DNA of 45,408 nucleotides from an uncultured archaeon (GTDB lineage Archaea; Asgardarchaeota; Heimdallarchaeia; Heimdallarchaeales; Kariarchaeaceae): NCBI GenBank assembly GCA_964645535.1, contig CAZYCQ010000023.1, positions 1 to 45,408 of the forward strand, read 5' to 3'. Shown piece by piece: positions 39,484 to 45,408 of this stretch (position 1 is its first letter; each line of letters starts with the position of its first letter). The notes under the pieces were generated by a model. It saw only the letters and a program-made list of their open reading frames with translations, ran no database searches and was not told where the DNA came from. The position numbers and the translations under genes were made by a program.

Positions 39484-42396
39484 TTATTCTAGGGATTTCA
39501 ATTTTCTTTTCAATTCACGACCACCTTCGTTTTTCAGCCATAACAACCAAGTGAAAAACATCAACCAAAGGAAAGAAATGGCGATTGTGTCATGAAACTT
39601 CTGTTCTTCGAAATTATCTAGGAACGCAAAAAATTCAAGAGTAATTGACGTTTGGTAATTCTTTGCAACCATTGGGATGATGAGATCATAATCACCATAG
39701 AAGGGAAGTTCCACAACCCCTTGGTAAGTTCCATCTTGTTGTGTGAAGTTCACTTGAGCTATAAAATTGGGGGCATCAAGATGTACCAAATAAGCAGTTA
39801 TTGTCGATGAAAATTGGGGGGATGTGCCATCAGGAGCAGAGCTAGGTTTGAATGAGATCGGAATCTGGTCGTAGAGACGGAATTCAAATGATTTTTCTGT
39901 GCCTACAGGTGTTTCATCAACAATAAGATCAACTTTGATGTTTCGACTTTCAGCCAGCCAATCAATTGAATTATATGCTGTTTCTCTGTTAATTGAAGAA
40001 TCTCCGAATTTGTCTCTTTCTAAGGCTTCATAGACGAACGGAAGAACAGATGATGACACGATTATCCTTCCCTTTCCAATGTTTTCCCTTACCATGATTG
40101 GATGATCACGGTATGTTGCCAAAACTTCTGGACCATCTCCTGTTACTGAAAGATAAGGACCATAAAACGGAATAGATGCCAATTGTGGTACCAAATCCTG
40201 AACTCTTGAAGTTTGTCCCAACACAGGAACCTGAACCGCGCTGTACCCTTCAGCAGGCTTATCAAAACGTACATGAACCTCTCCAAAACCTTTATCCAAT
40301 CGAAGAAGGGCATTAAGGGCATCAATTGCAAATTCACCCATGAAATTTGTTTCACTACTATAATATCCTCCACTACCCAAGAGTAACAGACCTCCACCCT
40401 TATTGTCTACAAAATCTCGGATAGCCAAAATTTCATCACCAGAATATGGAATATCGGGGTCTGGGATGATCAACATTTGATAAGGATCTAGGATCGAAGC
40501 AGTAAGTGATTGATTGGTGTATTCAACAATATATCCTTTGTCTCGTAATAAGGTTGTCAAGGTTGAGAATTTTCCTTCGGGACGGTCGTTAAGATAATAG
40601 TCACCTAACGTATCTGCATCTTTCGAGGCATCAATCAGAATCTTTGCTCTTGGAAACCGTGAAAGGGCAAAATATGAGACATTCATGTATTTCATGAGTT
40701 CAAGGGATTGAGCTTCCAGGAAATATATTGTTGCTTTGACATATTCCACAGCTTTACTTGTAACGGTAATGTTGATTTCGACAATATTTGTCCCTTCATG
40801 CAATTCAACAGTTTGTGGAACTCCAATATTCACATTTCCAAGATGAGTTGCGACACGGGGAAGAACTGTCATGTTTTTGTCGGCATATACCGTTAGATTG
40901 AAAGCTCTTGTTTCATTGATGATTGAAGCTCTGAAAAATGTATTTGATTCGGTTCTTACCTTTTGACCATTTTGATCAAATTCCTGACCATCATGGATTG
41001 CGACAGGATTTACACTGGCTCTTTCAAGAATTTCCTTTTCAGAATTGTTGAATTTCGCTTCAAGTATTTCATAGGCTTTCGTGAAATTTACTAGCCCCCT
41101 CCCTTGTATTTCCACGGGAACACCTAAATCATTTGCACTTGCAATTATTGCATTCTTGATTTCTACAGCAGTTGCCTGGGGAAATGCCTGCCGCAACAAC
41201 AGACTCCCGCCTGAAACATGGGGTACGGCCATAGAGGTGCCAGTCAATTTAAGTGGACTTCCATCAGAGGCATTGACGGAAACTACTTCAACCCCTGGAG
41301 CAAGAACATCAGGCTTGTTCAGGAATGAAGGAGGGATTGAAGGTCCCCTTGATGAAAATTCCCAAACGGATGAAGGAGTTTCAAGAGCACCTACAGAGAG
41401 CACAGTATCCAAGACGCCTGGATTCCCGATTGTGCTTCCACCAAATCCACCATTATTTCCTGCTGCAACAACAGCCAATATATCACGTTCTGCAATCTTT
41501 TTCATGAGCTGAGCAAAAAGATCTGATGTGCCATTGTAGTCATTAGATCCGAAGCTCATTGAAAGCACAGAGACATTTAAGGAGATGGCAAAATCAATAC
41601 CTGCAAGTACATCCAAGTTATCTCCAACACCTTGTGCATCAAGCACACGAACAGATTTGAAATTTGCTTCAGGAGCCATTCCATGGCTTTTATACAGTCT
41701 ATATTTTCCCCCAATGAAATAAAGACCATTTGATACCGCGATACCTGCAACATGGGTACCATGTCCAGAGTAATCATATGTTGATTCCTCTCCCCGATTG
41801 AGGGATCCTATAGAGTAATATTCTCCTCTATCACGTGAAATATTATAGATATCACGGAATTGGAGAGTACGGTTCACTCCTGAATCAATAATTGCAATTG
41901 ACTGGTTTTGACCAAATAGTCCTTTCTTCCAGAGTGGTTCAATGGAAATCCAGTCCTTGGTTTCTTTTAGGGTATTCAATTCCCGTTCCAAACCCAAGGT
42001 TGATGCGTTCGCCCATGGATCATCTGATTGGAGCCGATAGAACGTTTGTGCGGACGGAACCAATTTTGTAACACCTTTAAACTGGGAAGCATCAACTTCT
42101 TTCTCTGCGATAAATGCAGGCAAATATTTGAAAACATATAGAATGTTCCCCTTATCTATTGATTTCAATGCTTGATCCCGGGCGGAGAAATTTTTGAACA
42201 TGATGAGTTTCCTTTTGCCCACCAATGGAGAAATTGAATCAGCATGTTGTGTATCCATGACAGAAAGGTTTTTCTCAGTTTCCAGATTTGCATTATCCTT
42301 ATGAAGTTCTATTGAGAGTTTAACGGGGATGGCTGGGGAAATCATGATAAAACAGAGAACTACTGCATAAAGTTTGACAACACGCATTCCAATCAA
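39484..42396 (-). CDS. Membrane-anchored S8 serine protease with site-1-protease (MBTPS1)-like architecture
   Basis: Catalytic IIDSG, GHGTHVAG and GTSMAVP motifs, a post-catalytic Ig-like domain, a GATase-like/GIFT-type domain and a C-terminal TM helix with a basic tail. Confidence 0.9.
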   Translation of the reverse strand: MIGMRVVKLYAVVLCFIMISPAIPVKLSIELHKDNANLETEKNLSVMDTQHADSISPLVGKRKLIMFKNFSARDQALKSIDKGNILYVFKYLPAFIAEKEVDASQFKGVTKLVPSAQTFYRLQSDDPWANASTLGLERELNTLKETKDWISIEPLWKKGLFGQNQSIAIIDSGVNRTLQFRDIYNISRDRGEYYSIGSLNRGEESTYDYSGHGTHVAGIAVSNGLYFIGGKYRLYKSHGMAPEANFKSVRVLDAQGVGDNLDVLAGIDFAISLNVSVLSMSFGSNDYNGTSDLFAQLMKKIAERDILAVVAAGNNGGFGGSTIGNPGVLDTVLSVGALETPSSVWEFSSRGPSIPPSFLNKPDVLAPGVEVVSVNASDGSPLKLTGTSMAVPHVSGGSLLLRQAFPQATAVEIKNAIIASANDLGVPVEIQGRGLVNFTKAYEILEAKFNNSEKEILERASVNPVAIHDGQEFDQNGQKVRTESNTFFRASIINETRAFNLTVYADKNMTVLPRVATHLGNVNIGVPQTVELHEGTNIVEINITVTSKAVEYVKATIYFLEAQSLELMKYMNVSYFALSRFPRAKILIDASKDADTLGDYYLNDRPEGKFSTLTTLLRDKGYIVEYTNQSLTASILDPYQMLIIPDPDIPYSGDEILAIRDFVDNKGGGLLLLGSGGYYSSETNFMGEFAIDALNALLRLDKGFGEVHVRFDKPAEGYSAVQVPVLGQTSRVQDLVPQLASIPFYGPYLSVTGDGPEVLATYRDHPIMVRENIGKGRIIVSSSVLPFVYEALERDKFGDSSINRETAYNSIDWLAESRNIKVDLIVDETPVGTEKSFEFRLYDQIPISFKPSSAPDGTSPQFSSTITAYLVHLDAPNFIAQVNFTQQDGTYQGVVELPFYGDYDLIIPMVAKNYQTSITLEFFAFLDNFEEQKFHDTIAISFLWLMFFTWLLWLKNEGGRELKRKLKSLE

Positions 42397-42551
42397 TTTG
42401 GAACGTTCATCTATTTTAACTATTGTCAGTCCATGAAAATCAAATGTTGATTGATGCAGAAACTTTGGTCAGATCTGAAATTGGGTTTGATTCCTTCCCT
42501 TGGGGATGAAATTTGTGGAAAACAGTTTTATTTCTGGAAATCGTATCTTGG

Positions 42552-43277
42552 ATGAAAATGGCACAATCTTTCAATCAAAGCATCAGTGAAATTTCGAAGG
42601 TCATTGATCTCATCAATCAGGCAATCCCTTTAGTTGGCACCCCTTCAAAATTGGAGTCTGTCTTGGGATTGGTCTCGCAGGTGACAGACATTATGAAATC
42701 TGATCAACTCCATCAGGTATCACCCCATTTCAGACCGTTGGGAACCACCCTAAAGATCCTGACCAGTTCCGGTTCACCCTTTCTCAGTACAGTCACATTC
42801 CAAGCGTTTCTTCTTGAGATTTCCGAGACCTTAAAGGAAGTGGTAAATCTTCTTAATTCAGGAGGTTTGCCAGATCCAGGAGTAATCCAAGATTTACGAA
42901 CCAATGGGGAATTCTTCATCCGTATGGCCGGAAGAATGCTTTATCGATACAAGATCAATGTCAAATTCGAACCAGATTATGATGCAAAGGTTCTCAGAGC
43001 GTTCATGCTTGCGAAAGATTTGTCCAAGCAGGTCAGGTTCCTCAATGTTGATCCAGACATTTCCCAGCAAACCAATCCCAATCTTGACAATGGTATGACT
43101 TTGGAAGTGCTCTCACAAAGCTCTGCTCAAGAACTCTACGATACGGTTATGAATGTACTTTCTGTTGAATCCTGCCAGATTTTCATTGAACGAAGAGAAG
43201 AGAATGTGCTGTATTTAGACCCGCCATATATACCAGGATCTGTTGACGATCGAATGGATAAGTATCTCAATGAGTAA
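42552..43277 (+). CDS. CheA-related protein: helical (degenerate Hpt-like) N-domain plus P2 response-regulator-binding domain, no kinase domain
   Basis: YKINVKFEPDYDAKVLRAFML...P...LSVESCQI resembles the CheA P2 consensus. Start is probably ATG 42552 or 42558 (ORF track uses TTG 42513). Confidence 0.65.
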   Translation: MKMAQSFNQSISEISKVIDLINQAIPLVGTPSKLESVLGLVSQVTDIMKSDQLHQVSPHFRPLGTTLKILTSSGSPFLSTVTFQAFLLEISETLKEVVNLLNSGGLPDPGVIQDLRTNGEFFIRMAGRMLYRYKINVKFEPDYDAKVLRAFMLAKDLSKQVRFLNVDPDISQQTNPNLDNGMTLEVLSQSSAQELYDTVMNVLSVESCQIFIERREENVLYLDPPYIPGSVDDRMDKYLNE

Positions 43278-43295
43278 ATTCAAGTGTTATGAAGA

Positions 43296-45408
43296 CTATT
43301 GTCTAATCTTTTTCCTGATTGCAAGCATCATTGGAATGAATGCAAAAATAACTGCCCAAAGGCTGATGGGGAGACCATTTCCACCGGTTTCGCTTGAAGA
43401 AGGAGTTGTTTCCGTAGTCGTGGTTGGACCTTCACCTATATAGAAAACCATTTTGATTGATCCTTCATTACCAGAAGAGTCAACAGCCTTGAAAATAAGG
43501 ACATGTTCAAAGATGGAAAGATCAACCGCGGATTTCTGGACCACAAGGACAATCTTTTCTCCTTCAATGGATCGGGAAACTTCAGAGACTGACCTTTCAG
43601 TTCCGTCTAAAATGACTGTTAGATCACTATATGTCACCTTGTAGGTCGTATCAACCACGGTGAATTCGAATCTATAAACAAAGGCATCTTCAGGGAAGAC
43701 AGTGCCGTTTTCGGTAATAGCAGTGATCTCAGGACCTTTTAGATCAAGAACAAGTTCAAATCGCAAATAATCAGTTCCTGAAACGATTTGGATCAGGTGA
43801 TATCCATCTTCCGTCGCGTCGTAATCCAATCTGAAACGTCCTTGTCCCAAATCAGTCAGTGACAGATCTGTGGCAGGAACTGTGGTTGCCAATCTCTCTG
43901 CCACCACATTGGTTGAAGGGGCTCCGTTTGAATAAACGGTAAATTCAACAGTAAGTGAAGATCCAGATTGTGAAACGGAATTGAGGGTTATCCGATCGGT
44001 CTGCATCAACCAATCGTAGGCTCTTTTTGCAAGGATTTGATCATCCGGGGAATATCCTTGTGCACCAGTAGTACCACCATTATCAGTCCAGAAATTATTG
44101 TCTGAAATAATGACCCGTCCGCCTCCAATCTGATCGTAAAGGGCAATCTGAGTCTTGTCAGGAGTTCCAGTCAGGTGATAGACATAGGCATTCTTCTCTT
44201 CCGCTCGTGTTTGATTTACTGAAAGGAAATTCCCGAATGTTGTAACATGAGTTGCAGGTCCAACGAATGATGTCACATTGTAAATCGGAGTTATCCTTTG
44301 AGTTGGATCTCCATTTGCAGGATCAGATGATGTGGTCACACCAAATCTACTTATCAAAGGATTGATGGCAGACGCATTGGTTCCTACAGTACCGAAATTG
44401 GCATCATTGAAAATGCCGTTGAAAGTGATCAACAGTGATCCACCATTATCGACATAACGTTCAAGGGCGGAAATCTCATTCGGTGTGAAGTACTCACCTT
44501 CATATGGACCAAGGACATCATGGTTGATGTCAACTGGATCGGGGATCCAAAGAATGTCATACCTTCCAAGTAATGAATCAGTTAATTCTTCATCGATTTC
44601 TTCAACCCAAATCATTTTATCGAGGGCAATTTCGATCATTTCTCCAGTATTCGTACCACCAATGACATCAGCGCCGGTGTCATCCCAATCGGTATGGCGG
44701 ATGTCAAGACCCATTTGTGCAACTGCGTTGCCGACAATATTATAGGAAATTGGAACAGTTTGAGTGTCATTACCCAAAGCAACAACCAATTCCCCTGAAT
44801 AGACACCTACAGTTGCACCAGTGGAATCAAGATACAATGGGATTTCCTGAGAGAACTTGTTGGTATTCCAAGCGGAGGAGTTGAAGAACAGGATTTGACT
44901 AAGATTTCCAGTGATGGTCACTGAAATTTCCTGAGGATGAGAGGTAACTGCAGTGTATCCATGCACAACTGAGAAAATATTAGAAAGGTAATTCTTTCTG
45001 AACAAGGAATCAGTCAGAGGGGTAACTGCAAGGGCTTTTGCTTCTCCATTGGAGGCATGGGAAATAAGGTAATTGTAGGAATTGAGTGCATTGACCATTC
45101 CCATACCTTCCGCATAATTTCCACCATCGGTTCCTGTTGCACCACGAAGGATTGCAGCCTTCAAGGTGCCGGCATTCCAAGTTAGATTGTTCATGTCCAT
45201 GGCACTTGCCAAAGTTGCGGCAACACCAGCAACGGAGGGGCTCGAGAAGCTGGTTCCATCGACATATCCGAAAAGGCTTCCTCCGACAGTAGTGGTGTAG
45301 ACGTTATCTCCAGGAGCCATCACCTCTGGTTTCAACAAATTGTTTCCCCATGGTGGACCTCTTGAACTGAAACCTGCTACATTTCCTTGATAGTCAGATG
45401 CAGCTACA
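43296..45408 (-). CDS. Second membrane-anchored S8 serine protease (MBTPS1-like), 5' end outside the window
   Basis: The frame is open to the window edge (VAASDYQGNVAGFSSRGPP...KPEVMAPG...GTSFSSP). It continues with a GATase-like domain, Ig-like domains, a Thr/Ser linker and LPIS-TM-RKKIRQ. Confidence 0.9.
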   Translation of the reverse strand, partial: VAASDYQGNVAGFSSRGPPWGNNLLKPEVMAPGDNVYTTTVGGSLFGYVDGTSFSSPSVAGVAATLASAMDMNNLTWNAGTLKAAILRGATGTDGGNYAEGMGMVNALNSYNYLISHASNGEAKALAVTPLTDSLFRKNYLSNIFSVVHGYTAVTSHPQEISVTITGNLSQILFFNSSAWNTNKFSQEIPLYLDSTGATVGVYSGELVVALGNDTQTVPISYNIVGNAVAQMGLDIRHTDWDDTGADVIGGTNTGEMIEIALDKMIWVEEIDEELTDSLLGRYDILWIPDPVDINHDVLGPYEGEYFTPNEISALERYVDNGGSLLITFNGIFNDANFGTVGTNASAINPLISRFGVTTSSDPANGDPTQRITPIYNVTSFVGPATHVTTFGNFLSVNQTRAEEKNAYVYHLTGTPDKTQIALYDQIGGGRVIISDNNFWTDNGGTTGAQGYSPDDQILAKRAYDWLMQTDRITLNSVSQSGSSLTVEFTVYSNGAPSTNVVAERLATTVPATDLSLTDLGQGRFRLDYDATEDGYHLIQIVSGTDYLRFELVLDLKGPEITAITENGTVFPEDAFVYRFEFTVVDTTYKVTYSDLTVILDGTERSVSEVSRSIEGEKIVLVVQKSAVDLSIFEHVLIFKAVDSSGNEGSIKMVFYIGEGPTTTTETTPSSSETGGNGLPISLWAVIFAFIPMMLAIRKKIRQ

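Noticed and set aside
1554-44745. Numerous 60-190 aa antisense or alternate-frame ORFs in the ORF track
   Set aside because: They are shadows of long, motif-supported genes and have no independent coding signal.

Overview
Archaeal chromosomal window, about 40-42% GC by eye. Archaeal origin rests on the archaeal-type non-discriminating AspRS, type II Met-aminopeptidase, short XPF/ERCC4 nuclease, TATA-box leaderless promoters and a GGTGAT Shine-Dalgarno motif. The style of the surface proteins and two site-1-protease-like subtilases suggests an Asgard (Heimdallarchaeia-like) host, which is inference only. The left 22 kb is a co-oriented minus-strand cluster of secreted, mostly C-terminally anchored surface proteins: a 647-aa protein with an extraordinary Ile/Val-rich, Gly/Ala-free segment plus (VP)n; a 2710-aa FG-GAP/Asp-box multi-propeller protein; a 2191-aa protein (degenerate caspase-like head, helical body, amphipathic beta-sheet, about 26 Ca-binding DxDxDG repeats); a 994-aa beta-helix/Ig protein with a histone-H1-like Lys tail; and two smaller exported proteins. 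The three largest are coupled by ATGA overlaps, and a winged-helix regulator with upstream palindromes sits next to the cluster. This putative cell-envelope/adhesion machine is the best candidate for an undescribed system. The right half holds metabolic and housekeeping genes (two EamA, DDAH, XPF, xdhCAB, amidase, Ser-less alpha/beta-hydrolase, HAD, thioesterase, rhomboid, aspS, map). It also carries an interrupted YHS gene, a stand-alone CheA P1-like/P2 protein, two MBTPS1-like proteases and a candidate C/D-box sRNA that could guide tRNA Cm56. No rRNA, tRNA, CRISPR array or mobile element was seen.
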